64,000 nucleotides of DNA, taken from a phage. Positions 1 to 9,525 of this stretch are shown in pieces; positions within the stretch are counted from its first letter, which is position 1; every line of letters starts with the position of its first letter. The stretch is from sequence record OZ556245.1; one strand, written 5' to 3'. The notes beneath the pieces were generated by a model. The model saw only the letters and a program-made list of their open reading frames with translations. It did no database searches and had not been told where the DNA came from. The position numbers and the translations under genes are program-made.

Positions 1-262
1 CAATAGTGCGCGCGAGCTGAGACCGACGTTGACGAATATGACTTAGAACTGCACTGAATCCTTGTTTAGAACGCTGATTACCTACATAAAATCGTGCAGA
101 TACGCATGAACCATATGAACCATCGAATTCGCTTATTAAAAAGTAAAATCCAGGTTTAGATAAAATATCTTTGTGCGGAGTTCCCAAAAACCATTCACCG
201 CCCTTGATTGTACCAATAACAGTAGCACCTGCATTATTCAGATCAGTAACAGTCATGTATTT
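1..262 (-). CDS. hypothetical protein, N-terminal portion only (ORF runs off the window start)
   Basis: ATG near 262 preceded by GAGG Shine-Dalgarno; open reading frame continues to position 1 on minus strand; not in ORF track because incomplete. Confidence 0.4.
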
Positions 263-324
263 CATATTAATTTCCTCTAATTATTTTCTACTCCAAGGCC
301 GCATGAATACACACGGCCGATAAA

Positions 325-540
325 TTAATCGTCGCAGTCGACGCTCAATTCCCAGAACTCTTCTACGGTATAAGTTTCAGTATCATTTTCAATACAGAAA
401 CGTTCATTACTGTTGTTTGCTAAAGTAGCATTAACTGTCATTTTCTCGCTAGTGCTCTTAAGAGGTGAAATACGAATTAACTGATCACCACTATCTAAGC
501 AAAAAATTTCGCCAACTTTTACATCTTTAAAAATTTTCAT
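325..540 (-). CDS. hypothetical small protein (71 aa)
   Basis: ORF track; GAGGTG SD upstream; packed between neighbors. Confidence 0.5.
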   Translation of the reverse strand: MKIFKDVKVGEIFCLDSGDQLIRISPLKSTSEKMTVNATLANNSNERFCIENDTETYTVEEFWELSVDCDD

Positions 541-548
541 AATTCACC

Positions 549-659
549 TCAGGGAGTATAAAATCCAAATGCAGTTGTTGACCATCCCATCCAATACGGA
601 AAATTTGCACCGACGTAAAACATGAGAATATAAAACCAACCACTCAATAAATTCATCAT
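549..659 (-). CDS. tiny hydrophobic peptide (36 aa)
   Basis: hand-translated; ATG overlaps stop of upstream gene (ATGA); strongly hydrophobic; below ORF-track size cutoff. Confidence 0.3.
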   Translation of the reverse strand: MMNLLSGWFYILMFYVGANFPYWMGWSTTAFGFYTP

Positions 660-853
660 TTTACACCATTCCAAATTGTTTCAACCACAGATTTTAAGCC
701 ATTTTGATGAATGTCCATTCCGACAACTGCCATCAAATAAATTCCAACTACAACTGAACCTAAGGCAAAAATCAGCATGAAAATGAATAAAGCCGGAAAA
801 ATATTATCGAAAAACCATTCAATAAATGTAAAAGCACTGCGTTTACGCTTCAT
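656..853 (-). CDS. small membrane protein (about 65 aa)
   Basis: ORF track 656..874 trimmed to internal ATG with GAGGAAA SD; hydrophobic segment. Confidence 0.45.
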   Translation of the reverse strand: MKRKRSAFTFIEWFFDNIFPALFIFMLIFALGSVVVGIYLMAVVGMDIHQNGLKSVVETIWNGVK

Positions 854-860
854 ATTTTCC

Positions 861-974
861 TCACATAAATCCAAAGTAAGCGTTTAATACATCAATCATT
901 AAAACGATTGGGAATATACTCAAAACTACTAGTATTATAACTACATTCCATATAGCTTTAACAATCTTTTTCAT
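861..974 (-). CDS. small membrane protein (37 aa) downstream of conserved promoter-leader cassette
   Basis: ORF track 861..1070 trimmed: N-terminal part is translation of promoter/leader; true ATG follows GGAGGAACAGAAA leader. Confidence 0.4.
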   Translation of the reverse strand: MKKIVKAIWNVVIILVVLSIFPIVLMIDVLNAYFGFM

Positions 975-1248
975 TTTCTGTTCCTCCGTAGTTGATAGTT
1001 GTATAGTACCACAAAGGAACAGTCTTGTAAACAACTTTTTAAAAATATTCGTAATAAATGTGAATACCAATCACCACTGCCGAAACTTGTGCAACCCACC
1101 ATGCACAAGCAATAAGTACAGAATTCAAAATTTTCATAATAACCTCATTACAAAAGTAAATGTTAAACAAATTAATGGAATACTAACTAACCAAACAAAA
1201 CACCACCACAATGAACTCATAGTTCAATCTCAACGATTTTCATTTTAC

Positions 1249-1455
1249 TCAATAATCCGCTAAAAGATCGACGATTGTATCACGAAGACATTTATTCGCG
1301 ATACGTTTAAGAGCAATTTCAGTTTCTGGAGCATTTTGAATAATCATTGAATTCAATTCAGCTTCAGCAAACTGAAGTTCTTTAACTAATTCAGCTTTAT
1401 ATTTTCCTTGCCCTTTCTTAGCTTTTGCTCGTTTTAATTCAGCTGTAGTAAACAT
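1249..1455 (-). CDS. hypothetical small protein (68 aa)
   Basis: ORF track trimmed from TTG to ATG immediately after conserved leader GGAGAATAAA. Confidence 0.5.
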   Translation of the reverse strand: MFTTAELKRAKAKKGQGKYKAELVKELQFAEAELNSMIIQNAPETEIALKRIANKCLRDTIVDLLADY

Positions 1456-1487
1456 TTTATTCTCCAAATCCGTATCAGTTGATAGTT

Positions 1488-1519
1488 GTATAATACCACA
1501 GTCCTTGTGGTATGTAAAC
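1488..1519 (-). promoter_or_regulatory. early promoter (GTTTAC -35, TGGTATTATAC -10) with conserved leader
   Basis: reverse complement reads GTTTAC-17 nt-TGGTATTAT; copy of repeated promoter-leader cassette. Confidence 0.55.
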
Positions 1520-1536
1520 CATTTTGTGAAAATTTT

Positions 1537-2094
1537 TTAAATGGAAAGATACCATCCGTTGTAGTTGCTTTTTCTTACAACCTTACGAAGGTCTTCTCTA
1601 TCACCGATGAACTTCGGAGTGTACTGGATGACACCTGGATGAATTTCTTTAGTGTTGAATATAATTATACAGTCAGCGACCTGATGATTCAGAATGGGCC
1701 CTAGATTTATTCCAGAACCGTATGGATACTCTCCGCTGCATCCTGTTGTTACAGAAATCCAACGCGAGTCAGTTTGATGTGTCTTAACTTCTACGCGAAG
1801 CCCGCAGTATCTTGGATGCGCCAATACATCCCATGCGTATGTATACGGGTCATTAACATCCTCTTGGCCTTTGTTAACATACCCGCTTAGCCAATCTGCT
1901 ACAAAAAACTCTGCGTACACCGCGATACGACATCTTTCAATAACTTCTGCTTTATCCTGGTTCGGGTTTTGTTTTAAAGAGTATCTTGCTGTATCAGCAA
2001 TTTTGACCTTCATTTCACTAGTCAAGTCACTGTTCGATAGGGTAAATGTCGGAATCTGAAATAGTCTCTGTAAACCCGGATTCGTTTTCTGCAT
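1537..2094 (-). CDS. denB: endonuclease IV-like protein (T4 DenB position and length, 185 aa)
   Basis: position two genes downstream of rIIB and exact T4 DenB length; no catalytic motif verified; 5' end overlaps upstream ORF by 68 nt so start may be an internal Met. Confidence 0.55.
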   Translation of the reverse strand: MQKTNPGLQRLFQIPTFTLSNSDLTSEMKVKIADTARYSLKQNPNQDKAEVIERCRIAVYAEFFVADWLSGYVNKGQEDVNDPYTYAWDVLAHPRYCGLRVEVKTHQTDSRWISVTTGCSGEYPYGSGINLGPILNHQVADCIIIFNTKEIHPGVIQYTPKFIGDREDLRKVVRKSNYNGWYLSI

Positions 2095-2356
2095 TTAGAC
2101 TTTCCTTTTTACCGCTGAGATAAGCGTTATATACTTTAAGAGTGCCGTAATAAATTCGGTCATTTTCATCTAAAGACTCACGGTCAAGTTCATCGAGTTC
2201 CTTTTTATCCATGACTATAACATCATTGCAGTAAAGAAACCCAAGTTTTTCGTGACCAAACTCAAATTTATTGCAGTACACAATATTAGCGTGATGATTT
2301 CCGTGTAGATTAATCTCTTTTATGTCGGAATCACCGATATTCATACAATAAATCAT
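2027..2356 (-). CDS. hypothetical protein (109 aa)
   Basis: ORF track; overlaps denB 5' end. Confidence 0.45.
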   Translation of the reverse strand: MIYCMNIGDSDIKEINLHGNHHANIVYCNKFEFGHEKLGFLYCNDVIVMDKKELDELDRESLDENDRIYYGTLKVYNAYLSGKKESLNAENESGFTETISDSDIYPIEQ

Positions 2357-2374
2357 AATTTTTCCTTAAAACAA

Positions 2375-2392
2375 AAGGGCCGAAGCCCCTTA
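2375..2392 (-). terminator. UUCG-tetraloop hairpin, terminator-like
   Basis: GGGGCUUCGGCCC stem-loop followed by U-rich tract on transcript. Confidence 0.5.
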
Positions 2393-2394
2393 TT

Positions 2395-2589
2395 TTATTT
2401 GAATTGTGCAATTCTTTTTTCTAAACAATCTGCGTAAGATTTCATTGAGATGAATTGTGAAAGCAGTAATTCTTGCTCAACTTCATTAATCATTAGAAAC
2501 TTTGTGCTTTCTAAAAATTTGCTCAGTGCATTAATTTTGAGCATTAATTGATCGTATTCTTCTTTTACTCGTGCTTGATAACCTAACAT
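2395..2589 (-). CDS. hypothetical small helical protein (64 aa)
   Basis: ORF track; SD AAGGAAAA upstream; flanked by UUCG hairpins. Confidence 0.5.
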   Translation of the reverse strand: MLGYQARVKEEYDQLMLKINALSKFLESTKFLMINEVEQELLLSQFISMKSYADCLEKRIAQFK

Positions 2590-2602
2590 AATTTTCCTTA
2601 GT

Positions 2603-2620
2603 TAAGGGCCGAAGCCCTTA
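2603..2620 (-). terminator. UUCG-tetraloop hairpin at rIIB stop
   Basis: AAGGGCUUCGGCCCUU overlapping rIIB stop codon. Confidence 0.45.
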
Positions 2621-3556
2621 TTTAAATTGTTCAGTAACGTCTTCAACTACTTCGTATTGGCAGGTACGCATTTTAGCATCGTTGTAATCAATCGGAATTG
2701 ATACTACATCACGCGGATGCACTTTAACTTTTACAACTCGACTGGTTGAACTGCCAAAGTGACGAATATAAGATTTAGAACACACATGCAGACCACGAGA
2801 ACAAGTTTGTGTATCATCGTCATTCACACGAGTACGTGGCATTTTAACTACTTTACCAGGACTGTTATCAAAAGTATTTGAATGACAGTCAAAGTAATTG
2901 CTGCGAACTACTTTCCAAGCATAGAAGTAGCCATCTTCTGTAATTTCAATATCGTTTGCTACCAAGAAATCAAAGAGTCGAGATACCGCTTTTTGGCTTG
3001 GGTTTTCCAACAGATTTTCCAAGAACGGAAAATAAAATTCAAAGTTTTCGCCTTTTTCCATCGAATCGAGAATACGATCAACTAAACCAGACCGCAATTC
3101 AATATTTTGATAGAACAAGCTTCCACCTTCAATTCGAACATCACCGGAAATATATTTTTCAACGGCGCGACGAACATTAATTTTTTGTGCCGCTTCTTCC
3201 AATTTATCTGCAACAAGCAGATTAAGAATTTCCTGGAAGTTTGAATGAGTATTAGGAGTTGCGTTATAAGTTACACCATCAACAGTAATTGAAATGAATT
3301 TTTTAGATGCATTCCAAATAATGTCAGATTTAGCAACTGGAGCGATAGTTGTATCGCTATTAACTTTAACCGTAATGTCACCGCTAATGGTAACTTTGGA
3401 ACGCTCAGCTTCTTCAGCATTTTTCAAAACACGACGGATTGTGTCAACCGATACACCTTGCCAATCAGCCAATTCCTGTTGGGTGTAATTACCACTTGAA
3501 TACAGTTTGACAATTTCAGCTTGTTCGTTTTTGGTCAGGCATTTAATATTGTACAT
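2618..3556 (-). CDS. rIIB: rIIB protein (membrane-associated rapid-lysis / exclusion protein)
   Basis: 312 aa, same length as T4 rIIB, immediately downstream of rIIA. Confidence 0.85.
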   Translation of the reverse strand: MYNIKCLTKNEQAEIVKLYSSGNYTQQELADWQGVSVDTIRRVLKNAEEAERSKVTISGDITVKVNSDTTIAPVAKSDIIWNASKKFISITVDGVTYNATPNTHSNFQEILNLLVADKLEEAAQKINVRRAVEKYISGDVRIEGGSLFYQNIELRSGLVDRILDSMEKGENFEFYFPFLENLLENPSQKAVSRLFDFLVANDIEITEDGYFYAWKVVRSNYFDCHSNTFDNSPGKVVKMPRTRVNDDDTQTCSRGLHVCSKSYIRHFGSSTSRVVKVKVHPRDVVSIPIDYNDAKMRTCQYEVVEDVTEQFK

Positions 3557-3567
3557 AATTTTCCTTA

Positions 3568-5745
3568 TTAGGCCGCAAGGGCCTTCATAGTTTTAGCGAT
3601 TTGGGAAACTTCATCATCACTTAAAGAGTTGCGATAACCGATGAAGTCGGAAACAATACGGAATTTCTTGGTAAACTCAGCAACCATTTTATCACTGTTT
3701 TTTGAAGCATTATTTGATAATACATCAAAAAGATTAGTTACTGTCCAGATGTCATGACCGATGGTACCTTTTCCACCGTTGAAATATATACCCTGCAATG
3801 AACTAACCATATTACCAAGGCGAGTATATTCTTCAGAAACTTCATCTACACTGAAGTACTTCATCATAAAATCTAACTCAGGATACTTGATAATTTTATC
3901 AATATATCGTTTAGCTGAACTTGAATAACCTACATACTTATCATAATCTACAGCATCAAAAGCATCTACATATAAATCACGTAGAGTTTCAAAAATACAT
4001 TGGCACTGACCGAGTTCTTTTACCTTTTTCTGCAAAAGCGGACGAATAACATAAAATTCATTAATGCCAATAAGATTAGCCATACGAGTCAAAATACTCG
4101 TAGATGGATGACAAAGCGATGTAGTACCATCCATAGAGAAAATATCAGAACGATGCATGTATGCTACATAACCAGTAATTTCATCTGCTTCTGATGTGAG
4201 TGTAAACAGTTCCTCTTTTTCCCAGCGTCCGTCTTTAATTTCAAACTTAAATGCAGTAGCAGCTTTAGGACGAGGAGCTTTACTTTTAACTACCTTCGGA
4301 ATATAACTTTTAACTAAAGCTTCAATTTCTGACAAATAATGAATGTTAACTTCATCACTTTCAAACATCGCAATAATATCAGGAAGTAAATCAATCTGCG
4401 ATTCTACTTCCGGGTTAATAAACAGAAGACGCTCATTATGATGAATATTTAAAGTGTTATTAAATTCACTATCATCTAACGCATGTGCTAATCCACGGAC
4501 AATATTAACACGATTTTTAATATCATCAATAACGATATTAATTTTTGTTGTATTAATACCGAACAGACGATAGCTTGATGCAACGGCTGAAGTTTCATGG
4601 CTTTGCTTAATGCGTTTCAGTCGAGGGTCAAGATTTACTTCATACACAACCCCTGCATTACATAACTTACTATCAGGTTCAAACATGCTCTGCATCTTCT
4701 TATATGACAAATTTTTAGTCGTGAATTTGACTGAATTACTAATCATATAATCTCGAGCAGAATACCCCATCTTCATCAATTCGCGATATGTGTGACGAGG
4801 AGATGTAGATTCTTTAAATCGTTTTACATCTTCATTAAATGCTTGCTCACTAAGTTCTTTAACTCGTTCAATAATATTTTTACGAGTACGATCATCCAGT
4901 GAAAGAGCCTCGCGAGATGGAGCAATATCAAGTGAACCCATTGGAAACTTAATGTAATTCACTTCATTACGAATGCTTAGCCAGTTACGCTCTCTAATAA
5001 CACCATCAATAGGATAAACAATACCGCCATAGATGGCATACAATCCACCACGATCAGGCCAATATCTTTCTGGATTTACGCCATAGTAGTCATCAAAATC
5101 CGGAAAATAATCAATTTCACGGTCAAGACCATTGATGATAGCCAAATCTTTGAATGGCCGCATGATATAAGAAACTTCATAAGCAAAGTTTCTAAAGTCT
5201 TTTTCTTCAACTGGAACTACGATTTCAATACCAGTTTTATCATCTGGGCCCATTTCTTTTACAAATGTAGGTTTAATTTGTGGACCATCGCCATCCATAT
5301 AAGCTACATAACCACGAATTTCGCCTTTATGATACGAAGTAATACTAAACGTATCAGTATAACTAAATGGAGATTTAGAACCTAAACCAAATCCGCCAAT
5401 GAAATCGTTGGATTCGGCTTTAGATGAACTGAAGTATGAATTATACAGACCAGGAGAATTATCATCACCTTGAATATCAAAATCGCTCATACCCGGACCA
5501 AAATCTCGGCAAACAAATCGCGGATCTAATCGTCCTGGAACTTGAATGATAAATTTTTCATGATTTCCATTGAGAGCATGGGCGTCAATCATGTTGGTAA
5601 TCAATTCACGGACTACTGCGCGAATCTTGTTTGTATACAAATCAGATGACAGAATTTTAAATACTTTAGGAGATGCTGTGATGCTAAATGCTTTTGATTT
5701 AGAACCATTACCAAGAATTGTTTCTTTTTCAGTGGTGATAATCAT
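3568..5745 (-). CDS. rIIA: rIIA protein with N-terminal GHKL-type ATPase fold
   Basis: 725 aa as T4 rIIA; Bergerat N-box ELITNMIDA and DFGPGM G1 box near N-terminus. Confidence 0.9.
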   Translation of the reverse strand: MIITTEKETILGNGSKSKAFSITASPKVFKILSSDLYTNKIRAVVRELITNMIDAHALNGNHEKFIIQVPGRLDPRFVCRDFGPGMSDFDIQGDDNSPGLYNSYFSSSKAESNDFIGGFGLGSKSPFSYTDTFSITSYHKGEIRGYVAYMDGDGPQIKPTFVKEMGPDDKTGIEIVVPVEEKDFRNFAYEVSYIMRPFKDLAIINGLDREIDYFPDFDDYYGVNPERYWPDRGGLYAIYGGIVYPIDGVIRERNWLSIRNEVNYIKFPMGSLDIAPSREALSLDDRTRKNIIERVKELSEQAFNEDVKRFKESTSPRHTYRELMKMGYSARDYMISNSVKFTTKNLSYKKMQSMFEPDSKLCNAGVVYEVNLDPRLKRIKQSHETSAVASSYRLFGINTTKINIVIDDIKNRVNIVRGLAHALDDSEFNNTLNIHHNERLLFINPEVESQIDLLPDIIAMFESDEVNIHYLSEIEALVKSYIPKVVKSKAPRPKAATAFKFEIKDGRWEKEELFTLTSEADEITGYVAYMHRSDIFSMDGTTSLCHPSTSILTRMANLIGINEFYVIRPLLQKKVKELGQCQCIFETLRDLYVDAFDAVDYDKYVGYSSSAKRYIDKIIKYPELDFMMKYFSVDEVSEEYTRLGNMVSSLQGIYFNGGKGTIGHDIWTVTNLFDVLSNNASKNSDKMVAEFTKKFRIVSDFIGYRNSLSDDEVSQIAKTMKALAA

Positions 5746-5755
5746 AATTTCCTCA

Positions 5756-5959
5756 TTAATTCATATTGCGTTTAATAACTTCAGCAACTTCTAGTAGTTC
5801 ATCTTTAGTTGCGGTGTCGGATTGAATTTTATCTCTAATATCCTTAAAGCGGTTTTTAAACTCTTCGGCTTCTCCCATATCGAAAAAGCGTTGAATGATT
5901 CTATATTCTCGATGAACTGCTTTATCAAAAAGTTCTAAATTTACTTTATATGATTTCAT
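5756..5959 (-). CDS. hypothetical small protein (67 aa), rIIA.1 position
   Basis: ORF track; early promoter just upstream. Confidence 0.5.
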   Translation of the reverse strand: MKSYKVNLELFDKAVHREYRIIQRFFDMGEAEEFKNRFKDIRDKIQSDTATKDELLEVAEVIKRNMN

Positions 5960-5984
5960 TTCAATATCCTCATTTGCCCAATTA

Positions 5985-6014
5985 ATTATACCACATCCTT
6001 GTGGTAAAGTAAAC
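5985..6014 (-). promoter_or_regulatory. early promoter between gene 39 and rIIA region
   Basis: GTTTAC - 17 nt - TGGTATAAT on transcribed strand. Confidence 0.6.
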
Positions 6015-7834
6015 TATTGGCTCATCCATTCTTTACGAAGGTCAGCATTATCTCCCATGAGCATTTCAAAAAGCTCTTTCCAGTTCTCAGGAAGTTTAAC
6101 AACATCATATACTGGGTTTTGAATCATCTCACGGTATTCAGATTTTTCCAAAGAGCCAAGTCCCTTAATATAACGGATGCTATGTTTAGGTAGAGCATCT
6201 TTGGCACTCTCATATTCAGCGACTGTATAAAACCATTCTTGTTTTTTACCGACCTGAGCGATGATTACAGGAGTTTTGACGAAGCGAATTCTTCCTTGTT
6301 CAAACAGTTCTGGCCAATTACTAAAAAATCCGAGCAGAGAAGGATAAATGCTTCCTAGACCATCATGGTCGGCATCGGTCATAATTGCAATATTATGATA
6401 ATTCAAGTTTTCAGCCTTTTCACCAAGAACTAATCCAGTGATTGCGCAAATATCAAACAGTTCTTTGTTTTTAAGCATATCAGCATATGACATACCCCAG
6501 CTGTTAAGAACTTTACCGCGTAATGGATAACCACCATGAAGTTCTTTATCACGAACATCAATAAGATATCCGATAGCCGAATCACCCTCAGTCAAGAAAA
6601 GAGTAGTGTCAGCATCTTTACCACAAAGATTCGCTTTAATATGTTTATGAACCTTAGCTTTAGAAGCCTTTTTAGCTGCTTTAGTTTCTGCTGCCTTTTC
6701 TGCAGCCAATTTACGAGCCAAAGCAGCTTCAATAATTGGCATTAAAATTGCTTCATTGTTTAAAATAGCGCGTGAAATCTTTTTAGCATCAAGCTGAATA
6801 TGACTACGAATTTCACCAAATGGAGAAGTCAAACGCTCTTTAGTTTGAGAATCAAATCGCATGTTTTTCATATCACGAACAAACATGACGATAGTCAAAC
6901 ATTCTTTAACACGTGCTTTAGTTACATCAATTTTGAACTTGCGTTTGATTTGTGGAATAAGGTCTTCACAAATATCATCCATAACACAGTCAATGTGATG
7001 ACCACCATTCTTAGTATGAATGTTATTAACGTATGTTAATTGACGAAAACCATCCGGTGAACGACCAACCGCAATAGAACAATTTTCTTGTTCTTGAACA
7101 ATAGCATGCTCATCATATTGGCGTGCGTATTTCTTAAAATTACCCTGAACCTTTTTACCATTAAAGGTAAATTGAATATCAGGATAAACTACTGCAAGTG
7201 TCTGGAGACGATCTAGTGTAATGTCAAGATAAACTTGAGATAGCTCATTAGTTTCAAATGACATAAAATCAGGAATGAAAGTAACACGTGTTCCTTTCCA
7301 TTTTCCAGGAATATCTTCCCATGATTTATTTTCCATGCCATTTGAACAACGAACTACAATATTATTTTGACCGTCGCCAGTTTCACCGATAAACATCACA
7401 GAAAAAATGTTAGTTAAACTAGAACCAACACCGTTCATACCGCCAGTGACGCGTTCTTTGTCATCACCAAAGTTACCACCTGCTTTTGGAATAGTCCAGG
7501 CAGCAACAGGACCAGGAATTTCTTCACCAGTAGGTGTTTTAACCATCGCTTGTGGAATACCACGACCGTTATCTTCAACTGTTACTTGATTGTTTTTGAT
7601 AGTAACATTAATTTTATTCGCGAATTTAAACTTAGTACGAATACCTTCATCTACCGAGTTATCGATAATTTCATCAATAAGCTTAACAAGACCAGGTACA
7701 TACTGAACACTTTCCCATTTACCAAACAGAAAGCGCTCATGCATTTCATTAGCGGAAGAGCCAATGTACATGCCGCTACGCTTTTTGATATGTTCAATAT
7801 CGCTCAGAATTTTAATTTCATTCTTAATCATCAC
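6014..7834 (-). CDS. 39: DNA topoisomerase II ATPase/TOPRIM subunit, single uninterrupted ORF equivalent to T4 gp39 plus gp60
   Basis: 606 aa; GHKL N-box LIDEIIDNSVDEG, G1 box EDNGRGIP, TOPRIM motifs LTEGDSA and MTDADHDG. Confidence 0.9.
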   Translation of the reverse strand: MMIKNEIKILSDIEHIKKRSGMYIGSSANEMHERFLFGKWESVQYVPGLVKLIDEIIDNSVDEGIRTKFKFANKINVTIKNNQVTVEDNGRGIPQAMVKTPTGEEIPGPVAAWTIPKAGGNFGDDKERVTGGMNGVGSSLTNIFSVMFIGETGDGQNNIVVRCSNGMENKSWEDIPGKWKGTRVTFIPDFMSFETNELSQVYLDITLDRLQTLAVVYPDIQFTFNGKKVQGNFKKYARQYDEHAIVQEQENCSIAVGRSPDGFRQLTYVNNIHTKNGGHHIDCVMDDICEDLIPQIKRKFKIDVTKARVKECLTIVMFVRDMKNMRFDSQTKERLTSPFGEIRSHIQLDAKKISRAILNNEAILMPIIEAALARKLAAEKAAETKAAKKASKAKVHKHIKANLCGKDADTTLFLTEGDSAIGYLIDVRDKELHGGYPLRGKVLNSWGMSYADMLKNKELFDICAITGLVLGEKAENLNYHNIAIMTDADHDGLGSIYPSLLGFFSNWPELFEQGRIRFVKTPVIIAQVGKKQEWFYTVAEYESAKDALPKHSIRYIKGLGSLEKSEYREMIQNPVYDVVKLPENWKELFEMLMGDNADLRKEWMSQ

Positions 7835-7858
7835 TTATCCTCGTTTGGTTTCGGGAAT

Positions 7859-7883
7859 ATTATACTCCGGTAATCATAAAGCT
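7859..7883 (-). promoter_or_regulatory. candidate MotA-dependent middle promoter upstream of gene 39
   Basis: GCTTTA MotA-box-like element 12 nt upstream of TATAAT. Confidence 0.45.
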
Positions 7884-7902
7884 AAAGGCCCGAAGGCCTT
7901 TT
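7884..7902 (-). terminator. UUCG-tetraloop hairpin
   Basis: AAAGGCCUUCGGGCCUUU. Confidence 0.5.
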
Positions 7903-8170
7903 ATTTAAAACGGATAGTCGAATCCTTGAAGAATAGACCAGAACACACGGTTCCTTCTACTTTCTGCCCAGTAGGTCCAATAGCACGAAATCCAGTATGT
8001 TGAAAATCATTTTCAGAGCAACCGAACCAGTTGTATCCAGTGATTTCAATATTAGTAAAACCACTTGAAGACAAAACTTTGGTTGCATTATCAGCATCAG
8101 TACATCCTGCTAAAGACACTGCTAATACTAATGCTGCGATAGAACGATTAATATATTTCATAGTTTTCAC
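7901..8170 (-). CDS. small lipoprotein (89 aa)
   Basis: signal peptide with lipobox LAGC. Confidence 0.55.
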   Translation of the reverse strand: MKTMKYINRSIAALVLAVSLAGCTDADNATKVLSSSGFTNIEITGYNWFGCSENDFQHTGFRAIGPTGQKVEGTVCSGLFFKDSTIRFK

Positions 8171-8538
8171 TTAAATTTAATGGCTTGAAGGAGACTAATA
8201 ATTCTCAAGCGACTTCTTTCATCTTTAACTGTAAATGAAAGAGGGTCACCAGATTTCATAGTGATAGTGCATTCAAAATCAAAACCTTCGGGGACTTCTT
8301 CGAATAGGTCAAATTCTTCATCATATATTAGAACATTACTCTGAAAACTGTGAAGAATTTTTCCATCATTTCCAGATGCTGTACTAATCATTGTAACATT
8401 ATGGCCTTTCATATCTTCAACGATAAATTCGCTTGTAGATATTACGGCATTAATAGAACCATTCCTATAAATAGAAGAAAGTAGATATTTCTTTTCTTCA
8501 CCTTCGCGAACACGATATTTCTTACCGATTTTAAACAT
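8167..8538 (-). CDS. hypothetical protein (123 aa)
   Basis: ORF track trimmed from GTG to ATG; translationally coupled to upstream zinc-ribbon ORF. Confidence 0.5.
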   Translation of the reverse strand: MFKIGKKYRVREGEEKKYLLSSIYRNGSINAVISTSEFIVEDMKGHNVTMISTASGNDGKILHSFQSNVLIYDEEFDLFEEVPEGFDFECTITMKSGDPLSFTVKDERSRLRIISLLQAIKFK

Positions 8539-8540
8539 AA

Positions 8541-8717
8541 TCACCCTTTAAGTAAGTCGTAAAAACCACCATTCACATGCTTAGGAGCAGAAGGCCGACG
8601 AGTAGACAGACGATGACATTTAGGGCAAACATCATTTTCTCGTTCAGAAATCTTTTTAATTTTTTCATATTCATGCCCACAATCTTCGGATTGGCATTTA
8701 TAATCATACATTGGCAT
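8541..8717 (-). CDS. FmdB-family-like zinc-ribbon small protein (58 aa)
   Basis: hand-translated MPMYDYKCQSEDCGHEYE...CPKCH; CxxCG...CPxC pattern typical of FmdB zinc ribbon; AAGGAATAATT SD; absent from ORF track (under 60 aa). Confidence 0.5.
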   Translation of the reverse strand: MPMYDYKCQSEDCGHEYEKIKKISERENDVCPKCHRLSTRRPSAPKHVNGGFYDLLKG

Positions 8718-8719
8718 AA

Positions 8720-9139
8720 TTATTCCTTAAAGTGTGCTTTCAACATCTGATACAAGGACCATGCCTGTTCATTATTTTCAATAGTGACTTTCATTACCGG
8801 GAATTCTGTGAAATCTTCTATTTGTTCTTGCTCTTCCTGCTCTTGTTCTTCAGCAGCCTGATATGGATTTTCCACTTCATCAAAGAATTCAGCTTCATTC
8901 GATGAAAGCCAAATAAAATCTTCATCCAAAATATCTTTACCAGAAGATAGTACTAAATTTCCAGCAAATGACATAATTTTAATAGGACGCCCAAGAGCAT
9001 CCACATCTAAAATTTTAAAAGGATGCATACCTAAACGCCGCGCATAGATTCCGTTATCAGTATGGTCTTTAATAAAATTTTCTTGAGCTTGTTTATTTTT
9101 AAATTGATACCATTTATTAACTTCAAATTTAATAGCCAT
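8720..9139 (-). CDS. hypothetical acidic protein (139 aa), goF position
   Basis: ORF track; synteny only. Confidence 0.5.
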   Translation of the reverse strand: MAIKFEVNKWYQFKNKQAQENFIKDHTDNGIYARRLGMHPFKILDVDALGRPIKIMSFAGNLVLSSGKDILDEDFIWLSSNEAEFFDEVENPYQAAEEQEQEEQEQIEDFTEFPVMKVTIENNEQAWSLYQMLKAHFKE

Positions 9140-9354
9140 TAATAAATTTCCTTCCAGTAAGTTGTACCGTCTTCAGTGATTTCACGAAATACACCGTAAA
9201 TTGGTTGTTTATCCCCAACCTTTTCATACACATAAACCGAAGTCAAGTGAGTAAACTTAGCAGTGTGTTCCTTTTGAACTACTACCAAATCTGGATCGAA
9301 TAACACATCTTCAAATTCGTCATTAGTGCAGTTCTGAACAATTTTACGTTTCAT
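9139..9354 (-). CDS. hypothetical small protein (71 aa), cef position
   Basis: ORF track; length equals T4 Cef but sequence not verifiable. Confidence 0.5.
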   Translation of the reverse strand: MKRKIVQNCTNDEFEDVLFDPDLVVVQKEHTAKFTHLTSVYVYEKVGDKQPIYGVFREITEDGTTYWKEIY

Positions 9355-9525
9355 TACAATTTCCTCATTAATTGAACATTGGAGCGATGCGTTTCAGAAG
9401 AGTAGCAGCACCTTTGGCAAATTTTCCATTTTATTCTCCAAGTTATTTTCTGTATCAGTAGTTGATATTGATATAGTACCATAATCAACTACTGATGTAT
9501 ATAGTTTTATGAAAAATTTTAAACT

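Noticed and set aside
6014-7834. Gene 60-type translational bypass element
   Set aside because: Topoisomerase ORF is continuous; no internal stop or take-off/landing pair
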